64,000 nt of DNA from the NCBI GenBank assembly GCA_052436175.1, contig JBQVNM010000009.1. The stretch is one strand, 5' to 3'. Below, piece by piece: positions 56,575-64,000 of this stretch. The DNA comes from Brevundimonas sp. Its GTDB lineage: Bacteria > Pseudomonadota > Alphaproteobacteria > Caulobacterales > Caulobacteraceae. The notes below the pieces were generated by a model. It ran no database searches. It saw only the letters and a program-made list of their open reading frames with translations, and was not told the DNA's origin. The position numbers and the translations under genes are program-made. Position 1 is the first letter of the stretch. Each line of letters begins with the position of its first letter.

Positions 56575-56982
56575 ATGTTGTCGATCTGGAAAAACGGGAC
56601 CCCGGCGCATCGGCGCTATGTGATCCGCACCTGGGCCTTCATGGTCCCCTATGTCGCCATCTGTCTGTCGATGTTCACGGGGGCGTTCGAGCCGATCCTG
56701 AACAGTCCGGCGGGGTGGGTGCTGGCCGCCGCCGTCTCGGCGCCCGTGATCGGCCAGATCTGGGCGACCCTGAGCCTGATGCGCGAGAGCGACGAGTTCG
56801 TGCGCGCCCTGACGGCCAAGCAGTTCATCCTCGCGGCCGGGCTGGCCATGGCGGCGGCGGTGTTCTGGGGCTTCGGCGAGACCTTTGCCGGCGCCCCGCA
56901 TATCCCGGCCTGGCTGATCTATCCGCTGTTCTGGGCCTTCTATGGCGTGACGTCGCCCTTCATCAAGGCGACCAACGCATGA
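56575..56982 (+). CDS. small membrane protein co-transcribed with an XRE regulator
   Basis: AGGAG lies 8 nt upstream of the ATG at 56575. It has four hydrophobic segments. Its stop overlaps the next gene's start (ATGA). Confidence 0.5.
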   Translation: MLSIWKNGTPAHRRYVIRTWAFMVPYVAICLSMFTGAFEPILNSPAGWVLAAAVSAPVIGQIWATLSLMRESDEFVRALTAKQFILAAGLAMAAAVFWGFGETFAGAPHIPAWLIYPLFWAFYGVTSPFIKATNA

Positions 56983-57176
56983 AGAACCGGCTGAAGCTTC
57001 TGCGCACCGAGCGCGGCTGGACCCAGGAACAGCTGGGTCAGGCCCTGGGGGTGTCGCGTCAGGCGGTCAACGCCCTGGAGACGGAAAAGCACGACCCCTC
57101 GCTGGACCTCGCCTACCGCATCGCCGTGCTGTTCGCGCGGCCGGTGGAAGACATCTTCGAAAACCCGCACGGCTGA
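56979..57176 (+). CDS. XRE-family helix-turn-helix transcriptional regulator
   Basis: 'LKLLRTERGWTQEQLGQALGVSRQAVNALETEKHDPSLDLAYRIAVLF'. Confidence 0.85.
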   Translation: MKNRLKLLRTERGWTQEQLGQALGVSRQAVNALETEKHDPSLDLAYRIAVLFARPVEDIFENPHG

Positions 57177-57210
57177 GGCCGGCGACCCTTCACATAGACT
57201 GGAGACCTCC

Positions 57211-58134
57211 ATGTTCAACGCCTTCTTCAGGGCGCGACCCCGCCTGCGCGCCATCCTGTTCGGCCTGGCCGTCTGCCTGCCGTCGTTCGTCGTCGGCGTC
57301 TCGACCGCCCTCGCGGAGACGCCCGCCGTCGCCGTTCGCAATGACCGGCTGTCGGTCGAGGTGGGCGGGGCCGGGCCCGACGTCGTCCTGATCCCCGGCT
57401 TCGGATCGTCGCGCGAGGTGTGGCGAGCGACGGCCGACCGTCTGAAGGCCACGCACCGGGTGCATCTGGTCCAGTTGGCCGGGTTCGCGGGCGAGCCCTG
57501 GAGCCATGGCGAGGGCGCCTTCGTCGATCCCGAGGTCGAGGCCCTGGCCGCCTATGTGAAGGACGCCGGCCTGAAGTCTCCAGCCGTGATCGGTCATTCC
57601 ATGGGCGGGCTGTCGGCCCTGCTGCTGGCCCAGCGACATCCGGAGACGGTCGGCCGGGTCATGGCGGTGGACAACCTGCCGTTCTTTTCGGCCCTGTTCG
57701 GACCCCAGGCGACGGTCGAGAGCGCCCGGCCGTTCGCGGCCCAGGCGGCGGCGCAGATCCTGAACGCCGACGATGCCAGCTTCCGCGCCGGACAGGTCGC
57801 CACCGCCGAGGGAATGAGCAAGTCACCCGCGACCCGCGCGGCCATGGTGGCGTGGACCATGGCCTCGGACCGGCAGGCGATGGCGGCGGCGATCCGCGAC
57901 GTCATGACCACCGACGCCCGACCCGGTCTGGCGGCCATGAGGGTTCCGGTGACGGCCCTCTATGCGGCCGACGCGGACGGGGGCGCGCCTGCCGCCATGG
58001 CCGATGCGTTGTGGGCGCGGGAATACGCGGCCCTGCCGGGGGTGAAGCTGATCCGCGTGGACGGCAGCCGCCACTTCATCATGGCCGACCAGCCGGAGGT
58101 CTTCGCCGGGCTGGTGGATGAGTTTCTGAAGTGA
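57211..58134 (+). CDS. secreted alpha/beta hydrolase
   Basis: Signal peptide, nucleophile elbow 'IGHSMGG', and C-terminal 'GSRHFIMADQPE'. Confidence 0.8.
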   Translation: MFNAFFRARPRLRAILFGLAVCLPSFVVGVSTALAETPAVAVRNDRLSVEVGGAGPDVVLIPGFGSSREVWRATADRLKATHRVHLVQLAGFAGEPWSHGEGAFVDPEVEALAAYVKDAGLKSPAVIGHSMGGLSALLLAQRHPETVGRVMAVDNLPFFSALFGPQATVESARPFAAQAAAQILNADDASFRAGQVATAEGMSKSPATRAAMVAWTMASDRQAMAAAIRDVMTTDARPGLAAMRVPVTALYAADADGGAPAAMADALWAREYAALPGVKLIRVDGSRHFIMADQPEVFAGLVDEFLK

Positions 58135-58140
58135 GGTTTT

Positions 58141-58286
58141 CCTTCTCCCCTCGTGGGAGAAGGTGGCAGGCGGAGCCTGACGGATGAGGGGGCGCTGGAC
58201 GCCGACTCTAGACTTGGAGATGAGGGACTGCTGAACCACCCCCTCATCCGGCCCTCCGGGCCACCTTCTCCCACAAGGGGAGAAGG
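58141..58286. repeat. family-1 structured inverted-repeat element ('empty' pair)
   Basis: Left arm 58141-58192 is 'CCTTCTCCCCTCGTGGGAGAAGGTGGCAGGCGGAGCCTGACGGATGAGGGGG'. Right arm 58239-58286 is 'CCCCCTCATCCGGCCCTCCGGGCCACCTTCTCCCACAAGGGGAGAAGG'. The spacer is 46 bp. It sits between two convergent stops. Confidence 0.85.
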
Positions 58287-58294
58287 AAAGCGCG

Positions 58295-59122
58295 TCAGTC
58301 CGCCCGCTTCACCGGCGCCCCGGCGAACTCGTCGGCGTAGGCGGGGTTCAGGAGCGGGCGCAGGGCGGATTGCGGCAGGTCGATCTCATAGCCGCCCTCG
58401 GCATAGGGGCCGGCGACATAGGGGCCGATCAGGACCGTCAGGCCGCCCGCCTTGCCGGGCGTGGTCGAGGCGGCGAGGCCGACGACCGTCTCGGACAGGT
58501 GCGGGCACTTCCAGTCCGCGCCGTTCAGGGTCAGGAGGACCGCCTGCGGGTCGCGCTTGCGCTTCTCGACGTTCAGGGCGGCGCACAGCATCCGGTCCAG
58601 GGCGGCCCGGTCGGCGCCGGGTTTCAGCAGGGCGTTGACGTCGATGCGCCGCTTCAGCGCCTTGTCCCACAGGACCGCCAGATACCCGGGATTGCCGTGG
58701 GCGCCGCCAGTGTACTCATAGGCGTTCCCCAGCAGGCCGAACAGTTTGCCGGTGTCGACCGCGCCTTCGTATTGGACGACCTTTTCATAGGGGGGCATGC
58801 CGCCGTCGCCGCCGAACTCGGTGCGATCAGCCTGGGCGCCCTCGACGAAGGTCTTCAGGTCGGCGACCGAGTTGTCATAGAGGGATTTGTGCAGCTCGGG
58901 CTGGGTCTTCAGGGCCTCGGGCAGGGTCAGTTTGACGCTGGCGAAGGCGTTCTTGGAGTCATAGGCGAGGGGGGAGGCGGCGGTGGCCCCGGCCGTGGGG
59001 GCCGCAGGGATGGCGACGGGGGCGGCGGCCTCCTCCTCGGCCTTGCGGTTGCAGGACGCGAGGGCCGCGGCGACGGCGGCGATAAGGATCAGGGACTTGG
59101 CAGCGGCATGGGGGGAGGTCAT
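58295..59122 (-). CDS. DUF3298/DUF4163-type lipoprotein
   Basis: Lipobox 'ALASC'. 'AYEYTGGAHGNPGY' is the signature of the DUF3298 (RsiV C-terminal-like) domain. Confidence 0.65.
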   Translation of the reverse strand: MTSPHAAAKSLILIAAVAAALASCNRKAEEEAAAPVAIPAAPTAGATAASPLAYDSKNAFASVKLTLPEALKTQPELHKSLYDNSVADLKTFVEGAQADRTEFGGDGGMPPYEKVVQYEGAVDTGKLFGLLGNAYEYTGGAHGNPGYLAVLWDKALKRRIDVNALLKPGADRAALDRMLCAALNVEKRKRDPQAVLLTLNGADWKCPHLSETVVGLAASTTPGKAGGLTVLIGPYVAGPYAEGGYEIDLPQSALRPLLNPAYADEFAGAPVKRAD

Positions 59123-59132
59123 GCGGTCTCCG

Positions 59133-60182
59133 TCAGAAGTGGATCGAACCTAACGCGATGCCGGCCAGAAGGATCAGGCCCGCCTCGCGGTTCGACTTGA
59201 ACAGTTTCAGGGCAAGCGCGGCGTCATCAAGGCGAAGCTTGCGGACCTGCCAGAACAGGTGGGCGGCGTAGGCGGCGAGCCCGAGGTAGAAGAGGGGGCC
59301 GAGACCGGCGGCGAGCCCGGCCAGCAGGGCCAGCAGGGCCGCGACGATGTAGAAGATCAGCACGCCGCGACCGGCCGAGGCGCCCAGACGCCGCGCAGAG
59401 GATTTGACCCCGACCATGGCGTCGTCCTCGATATCCTGAAGGGCGTAAATCGTGTCGTAGCCGAGGGTCCAGAAGACGCCGCCGAGCCAGAGGAGGAGGG
59501 CGATGGTCCGGCCCTCGACATAGAGGCTGATGAAGTATTCGTCGGGCGTCGCGTAGTCGCCGAACCCCGCCATCATGTGCGCCAGAAGGCTCGGCTCATG
59601 CCCGACTGCCGGAGGGAAAAGCGCACCCGCGAGAATCGGCGCCGCCGCCGCAAACCCCATCAGGGCGCCCCAGTTGAAGGTCATGCCGAGCCAGGCCTGG
59701 GGCCACCAGGTGATGCGCTTCATGAAGGGGTAGGCGGCGACCAACCCGAGAGAGGCGACGCCCAGAAGCACCGCTGTCAGGTTCAGGGTCAGCAGGATCA
59801 GCAGGCTGATCAGGGAACAGGCGACGATGAAGGCGAAGGCCTGTTTGACGCTGATGCGGCCCGAGGGGATCGGCCGTGACGCCGTGCGCGAGACCTGGGC
59901 GTCGATGTCGCGATCGACGATGTCGTTGAAGGCGCAGCCCGCCGCCCGCATCAGGCAGGCGCCGAGGGCGAAGGCGACGAACAGCCACAGATGATAGAGA
60001 CCCGGCGCCGTCCGGTATGCCGCCAGCGCCAGTACAATCCCCTGCCAGCCGGGCAGGAGCAGCAGCCAGATGCCGATGGGACGGTCGAACCGGCCCAGCT
60101 TCAGCCAGGGCTTCAACCCCTCCGGCGCATGGGCGTCGACCCAGTTCTGGCGCGCGGCGTCGGGAAGCGGGGCGGAGGACAT
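59133..60182 (-). CDS. ubiA: 4-hydroxybenzoate polyprenyltransferase
   Basis: The start is at MSSAPLP (ATG at 60182). 'RFDRPIGIWLLLLPGW...AGCAFNDIVDRDIDAQVSRTASRPIPSGRIS'. Confidence 0.9.
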   Translation of the reverse strand: MSSAPLPDAARQNWVDAHAPEGLKPWLKLGRFDRPIGIWLLLLPGWQGIVLALAAYRTAPGLYHLWLFVAFALGACLMRAAGCAFNDIVDRDIDAQVSRTASRPIPSGRISVKQAFAFIVACSLISLLILLTLNLTAVLLGVASLGLVAAYPFMKRITWWPQAWLGMTFNWGALMGFAAAAPILAGALFPPAVGHEPSLLAHMMAGFGDYATPDEYFISLYVEGRTIALLLWLGGVFWTLGYDTIYALQDIEDDAMVGVKSSARRLGASAGRGVLIFYIVAALLALLAGLAAGLGPLFYLGLAAYAAHLFWQVRKLRLDDAALALKLFKSNREAGLILLAGIALGSIHF

Positions 60183-60230
60183 GGGAGGGTTATAGACGGG
60201 GGCGCTGAAGAGGGGGAGGGGCGCTGTTTT

Positions 60231-60662
60231 CCTTCTCCCCTTGTGGGAGAAGGTGTCAGGCGGAGCCTGACGGATGAGGGGGCGGCTGGTCCATATGCCG
60301 GCGGATGGCGTCGAACACGACATTGGGATTGCCCAGAACCGTCTCGTTGCCGAACCGAAGCACGGTGAAGCCCCGTCGGCTCAGGTCGTCGTCACGGGCG
60401 CGGTCTTCCTCCTCGCGCAGTCGATGCACTCCACCGTCCAGTTCGATGACCAGCCGCAACTCATAGCAGCAGAAGTCAGCGATCCATGGGCCTATGCGGG
60501 TCTGGCGGCGAAACTTGTGGCCCTCGAAGCGGCGAGCGCGAAGCAGCTTCCACATGGCCGTTTCGGCCATGGTCATGTTTGAACGGAGGCGTTTCGTCTG
60601 GTTAGACATACCCCACATCCGTCGCGCTCCCCGCGCCACCTTAACCCACAAGGGGAGAAGGA
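60231..60662. mobile_element. family-1 inverted-repeat element 'loaded' with a DUF559 gene (candidate selfish or ex-mobile unit)
   Basis: Left arm 60231-60282 and right arm 60611-60662 are the same arms as at 58141-58286 and 37732-37887. Here they are separated by 328 bp that are entirely coding for the DUF559-like ORF. Confidence 0.5.
60256..60609 (-). CDS. DUF559 (Vsr-like endonuclease fold) domain protein
   Basis: 'MTMAETAMWKLLRARRFEGHKFRRQTRIGPWIADFCCYELRLVIELDGGVH...DDLSRRGFTVLRFGNETV' is the typical DUF559 pattern. The last 10 codons and the stop are encoded by the repeat arm. An alternative start lies at 60618. Confidence 0.75.
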   Translation of the reverse strand: MSNQTKRLRSNMTMAETAMWKLLRARRFEGHKFRRQTRIGPWIADFCCYELRLVIELDGGVHRLREEEDRARDDDLSRRGFTVLRFGNETVLGNPNVVFDAIRRHMDQPPPHPSGSA

Positions 60663-60668
60663 AATTGT

Positions 60669-61415
60669 CTAGTCCGCCAGCCTGCCCTTCGCCTTCGTCG
60701 CCGGGAACAGCACGTCCTTGTCCGGCTTGTCGGCGGTCTGGCCGGGGCGGTTCAGGGTGGTGAGGATGTGGCGGATGATGTTCAGGCGGGCGGTCTTCTT
60801 GTCGTCGGTGGCGACGACGGTCCAGGGGGCGGGGCCGCTGTCGGTTTCGTCCAGCATGCGGTCGCGGGCGGCGGAATAGGCGTCCCATCTCCCTTGTGCC
60901 TCCGCGTCGAGGGAGGAGACCTTGAACTTCTTGAGCGGGTCTTCCATCCGCTCGGCCAGCCGTTTGGCCTGTTCGCCCTTGGAGATGTCGAGCCACAGCT
61001 TGATCAGCACGATGCCGCTGTCGGTCAGCATCCGCTCGAACCGGGGGGCATCCTTGAGGAACTGCTCATGCTGTTCGGGGGTGCAGAAGCCCATGACGCG
61101 CTCTACCCCGCCCCGGTTGTACCATGAACGGTTGAAGATCACCGTCTCGCCCGCCGCCGGGAGGTGGGGGACGTAGCGCTGGAAATACCACTGGCTGGTC
61201 TCGCGCTCGGTCGGTTTGGGCAGGGCGACGACGCGGGTCTGACGCGGCGACATGAACTCTGTCAGCCGCTTGATGGCCCCGTCCTTGCCGGCGCTGTCGC
61301 GGCCCTCGAAGACGATCAGGACCTTGAGCCCTTTCTCGATGGCCCAGGCCTGGGTGTTGACGATCTCGATCTGAAGCTTCTCGAGGTCGCGTTCGTAGTC
61401 TTTGTTCTTGCCCAT
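60669..61415 (-). CDS. ppk2: polyphosphate kinase 2
   Basis: The start is at MGKNKDY. Walker A 'FEGRDSAGKDG', plus 'FNRSWYNR' and a lid motif. Confidence 0.85.
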   Translation of the reverse strand: MGKNKDYERDLEKLQIEIVNTQAWAIEKGLKVLIVFEGRDSAGKDGAIKRLTEFMSPRQTRVVALPKPTERETSQWYFQRYVPHLPAAGETVIFNRSWYNRGGVERVMGFCTPEQHEQFLKDAPRFERMLTDSGIVLIKLWLDISKGEQAKRLAERMEDPLKKFKVSSLDAEAQGRWDAYSAARDRMLDETDSGPAPWTVVATDDKKTARLNIIRHILTTLNRPGQTADKPDKDVLFPATKAKGRLAD

Positions 61416-61521
61416 GGATCGACAGCAGCACGGGGCGGCGACGGCGGCAAGTCGCATGACCGACTTGTCAGCTGATCGGGCCGCCTGGGCGGGCTAGGTT
61501 GCCGATCCTCTGGAGCGCCGC

Positions 61522-62631
61522 ATGACCGTTATGAACCGCCGAACCATGATGGCCGCTGTCGGAGCGGGCGTTGTCCTGCCCGGGTTGGCGCGGGCGCAAG
61601 CCAGCACCCAGGGCGCCGATCCGCGAGAGGCGATGCTGGACGCCGCCGCCGCCGTGACCGGGGCCCCTCCGGCCATGGCTGCTGCGGTCGTGACGCGAGC
61701 AGGCGTGGAGTGGTCGGGCGTGCGCGGGGTGCGCAAGTCCGGCGGCGAGGATCAGGCCGGACCGCACGACCGCTGGCACCTGGGCTCCAACACCAAGGCC
61801 ATGACCTCGGCGGTCTGGGCGCGGCTGGTGGAACAGGGGCGGGCGCGGTGGGACATGCCCCTGGCCGAGGCGTTTCCGGACGTGCCGGTGAACGCAGCCT
61901 TTGCGGCGGTGACGGTCGAGGATCTGATGCGGCACAAGGCCGGGCTGGCGGACGCCGACGGCCTGCCCCTGCCGATGGTGGCCCATGCCGATCCCCGGCC
62001 GGTGGGGGCACAGCGGGCGGCGACGGCGGTCGTCCTGACGCGGGCGCCGACGGGGACCGTGGGTCAGTATGTCTATGGCAACCTCAACTATGTGCTGGTC
62101 GGGGCGGCCATCGAACGGATCACGGGCCAGAGCTGGGAGGACGTCGTCCAGGCTGAGGTGTTCGCGCCGCTGGGCCAGACCTCGGCCGGGTTCGGGGCGC
62201 CGCTGACAAATGCGGAGGGCGGGGCCAACGTCTGGGGGCATCGGGTTTGGGGCGGGACACAGACTCCGGTCGATCCGGCCGAGGCCTGGTCGGACAACCC
62301 GCCCATGCTGGGCCCGGCCGGGCGGGTCCATATGACGATGGCCGACTATGGCCGGTTCCTGCAGGCGATGATGGGCGGCGGGCCGGACGGCTGGCTGTCG
62401 GCCGACAGCCTTAAGCGGCTGACAACGGCCTTGCCCGGCGACGGATACGCCCTGGGCTGGATCGCCCCGCCGAACGGGATGATCGCCCACGAGGGCTCAA
62501 ACACCCTGTGGCATGTCATCGCCGTGGCGAAACCGGCGGAGGGGCGGGCGGTGATCGTGGCGTCGAACGGCGGCCTAGCCGGTCGGGCGGCGACGGCGCC
62601 CCTGGCGCGGCGGCTGATCGAGGGGGCGTAG
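61522..62631 (+). CDS. serine hydrolase, beta-lactamase/transpeptidase-like family
   Basis: Tat-like signal 'NRRTMMAAVGAGVVLPGLARAQ'. SxxK motif 'GSNTKAMT'. 'YGNLNYVLVG'. Confidence 0.7.
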   Translation: MTVMNRRTMMAAVGAGVVLPGLARAQASTQGADPREAMLDAAAAVTGAPPAMAAAVVTRAGVEWSGVRGVRKSGGEDQAGPHDRWHLGSNTKAMTSAVWARLVEQGRARWDMPLAEAFPDVPVNAAFAAVTVEDLMRHKAGLADADGLPLPMVAHADPRPVGAQRAATAVVLTRAPTGTVGQYVYGNLNYVLVGAAIERITGQSWEDVVQAEVFAPLGQTSAGFGAPLTNAEGGANVWGHRVWGGTQTPVDPAEAWSDNPPMLGPAGRVHMTMADYGRFLQAMMGGGPDGWLSADSLKRLTTALPGDGYALGWIAPPNGMIAHEGSNTLWHVIAVAKPAEGRAVIVASNGGLAGRAATAPLARRLIEGA

Positions 62632-62737
62632 GGCGGTTCCAGCCTTGCCATTCGGCCCGGCGCGCCTTCACTCTGCCTCGTCCGACGAAGGTCGGGCCCA
62701 CTGAATTCAGGGCGCGGGGCGCCGGGGGAACGAACCG

Positions 62738-64000
62738 ATGAACCACCACGCCCTTTCGCGCGTCCTGATGGCGACCAGTCTGATGACGGCCTGTCTGCTG
62801 GCCCTGCCGCTTGGCGCCTCGGCCCGCGCGTCGGACGACAGGCTGGCCGCCGTCATGGCCGCGCCCAGGTCCACCCCCTGTCCCGCCGAGGCTGCACTGG
62901 CCGCCGCCTGCGCCCGGGACAATGCCAGCAGCCATGCGGTGCTGCGCTGGACCGAAACGGCGCCGGGCGACGGCATGCCGATCCTGCTCAAGGACAATAT
63001 CGAGACCCGGGACATGCCGACGACGGCGGGCTCTCTGACCCTGGCCGGCAATGCGCCGGGCCGTGACGCGCCGCTGGTGACGCGGCTGAGGGACGCGGGC
63101 TTCCGGATTCTCGGCAAGACCAACCTGTCGGAGTGGGCCAATATCCGGTCATCGAACTCGATCAGCGGCTGGAGCGCGGTCGGGGGGCTGACGCCCAATC
63201 CCTATGATCCGGCGCGGACCGCCTGTGGTTCGTCCTCGGGCAGCGCCGTGGCGGTGGCCGTCGGACTGGCGCCCGTGGCGATCGGGACCGAGACCAACGG
63301 CTCGATCACCTGCCCGGCCTCGGCCAATGGCGTGGTCGGGTTCAAGCCGACTGTGGGTCTGGTCTCGCGCACCCACATCGTGCCGATTTCGCATTCCCAG
63401 GACACCGCCGGACCCATCGCCACGACGGTGGAGGACGCGGCCATGGTTCTGACGGCGATCGCCGGATCGGACCCGGCCGACGCGGCGACGGCCGAGGCGG
63501 ATGCGCGCAAGGTCGACTATCGCGCGGCCCTGGACGCCGGGTCGCTGAACGGCGCGCGGATCGGGGTGATGCGGTTCGCCGGGGGCTATTCCGACGAGAC
63601 CATGGCGGTGTTCGAGGAGAACCTGACGAAGCTGCGCGAGGCCGGGGCGGTGCTGGTGGACATCACCGAAGGGCCGGACCTGCCGACCATCGGTCGCCAG
63701 TCGTTCCAGGTGCTGATGTATGAGCTGAAGGCCGATCTGGACGCCTATCTGGCCTCGACCGACCCTGAGCAGGTGAAGACCCGCACCCTGGCCGACGTCA
63801 TCGCCTTCAACGCCGCCACGCCCGAGGAGACGGTGCTGTTCGGTCAGGAGCTGTTCGAGATGGCCGAGGCCAAGGGCGATCTTACGACGCCCGAGTATAT
63901 CGAGGCCCGCGCCCAGTCGTTTCGTCTGGCCGGGCCCGAGGGCATCGACCGGCTGATGACCGAGAACAGCGTCGTCGCCCTGATCGCCCCGACCACCTCA
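62738..64000 (+). CDS. amidase-signature family amidase (3' partial, runs off the window end)
   Basis: This ORF is not in the track because it is open-ended. My own translation from the ATG at 62738 gives a signal peptide, then 'ILLKDNIETRDMPTTAGSL...GKTNLSEWAN...CGSSSGSAVAVAVGLAPVAIGTETNGSITCPAS'. Confidence 0.85.
   Translation, partial: MNHHALSRVLMATSLMTACLLALPLGASARASDDRLAAVMAAPRSTPCPAEAALAAACARDNASSHAVLRWTETAPGDGMPILLKDNIETRDMPTTAGSLTLAGNAPGRDAPLVTRLRDAGFRILGKTNLSEWANIRSSNSISGWSAVGGLTPNPYDPARTACGSSSGSAVAVAVGLAPVAIGTETNGSITCPASANGVVGFKPTVGLVSRTHIVPISHSQDTAGPIATTVEDAAMVLTAIAGSDPADAATAEADARKVDYRAALDAGSLNGARIGVMRFAGGYSDETMAVFEENLTKLREAGAVLVDITEGPDLPTIGRQSFQVLMYELKADLDAYLASTDPEQVKTRTLADVIAFNAATPEETVLFGQELFEMAEAKGDLTTPEYIEARAQSFRLAGPEGIDRLMTENSVVALIAPTTS

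Overview
High-GC chromosomal segment. The gene content and repeat types look like a Caulobacterales (Brevundimonas/Caulobacter-like) alphaproteobacterium; the taxon is an inference. I call about 60 genes, mostly housekeeping: carB and carA (unlinked), greA, uvrB, proB-proA, plant-type gshA, tRNA-Gly(CCC), ubiA, ppk2, an RND efflux pair, and a complete propionyl-CoA to succinyl-CoA operon (TetR-pccB-orf-pccA-mutA-mcm-mce).

I see no rRNA, no CRISPR array, no prophage, and no recognisable multi-gene defence system apart from one type II R-M cassette.

Items worth a second look:
1. A family of highly structured inverted-repeat elements has about 11 hairpin cores in the window. One copy carries a DUF559 nuclease-like gene between its arms. 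Three 'empty' copies sit directly against stop codons.
2. A related 129-bp palindromic element is inserted in frame inside the essential carB gene.
3. A roughly 1.8-kb lower-GC islet lies immediately after uvrB. It holds a BglII/BstYI-like restriction enzyme, an SPPY (N4-cytosine type) methyltransferase and a small Cys-rich ORF. It abuts a 5'-truncated DpnI/DRP-like methyl-directed endonuclease remnant.
4. A 96-bp patch of about 35% GC, full of rare codons, sits inside the most conserved motif of uvrB. An alphaproteobacterial LexA box overlaps the uvrB start codon.
5. A secreted protein has two cyanovirin-like repeats fused to a beta/gamma-crystallin domain.
6. Two genes are interrupted by single in-frame stop codons: an HWE histidine kinase (TAG) and ogt (TAA).
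7. A lower-GC orphan gene is translationally coupled between pccB and pccA.

All calls come from reading the sequence and the supplied ORF track. No database search was run.
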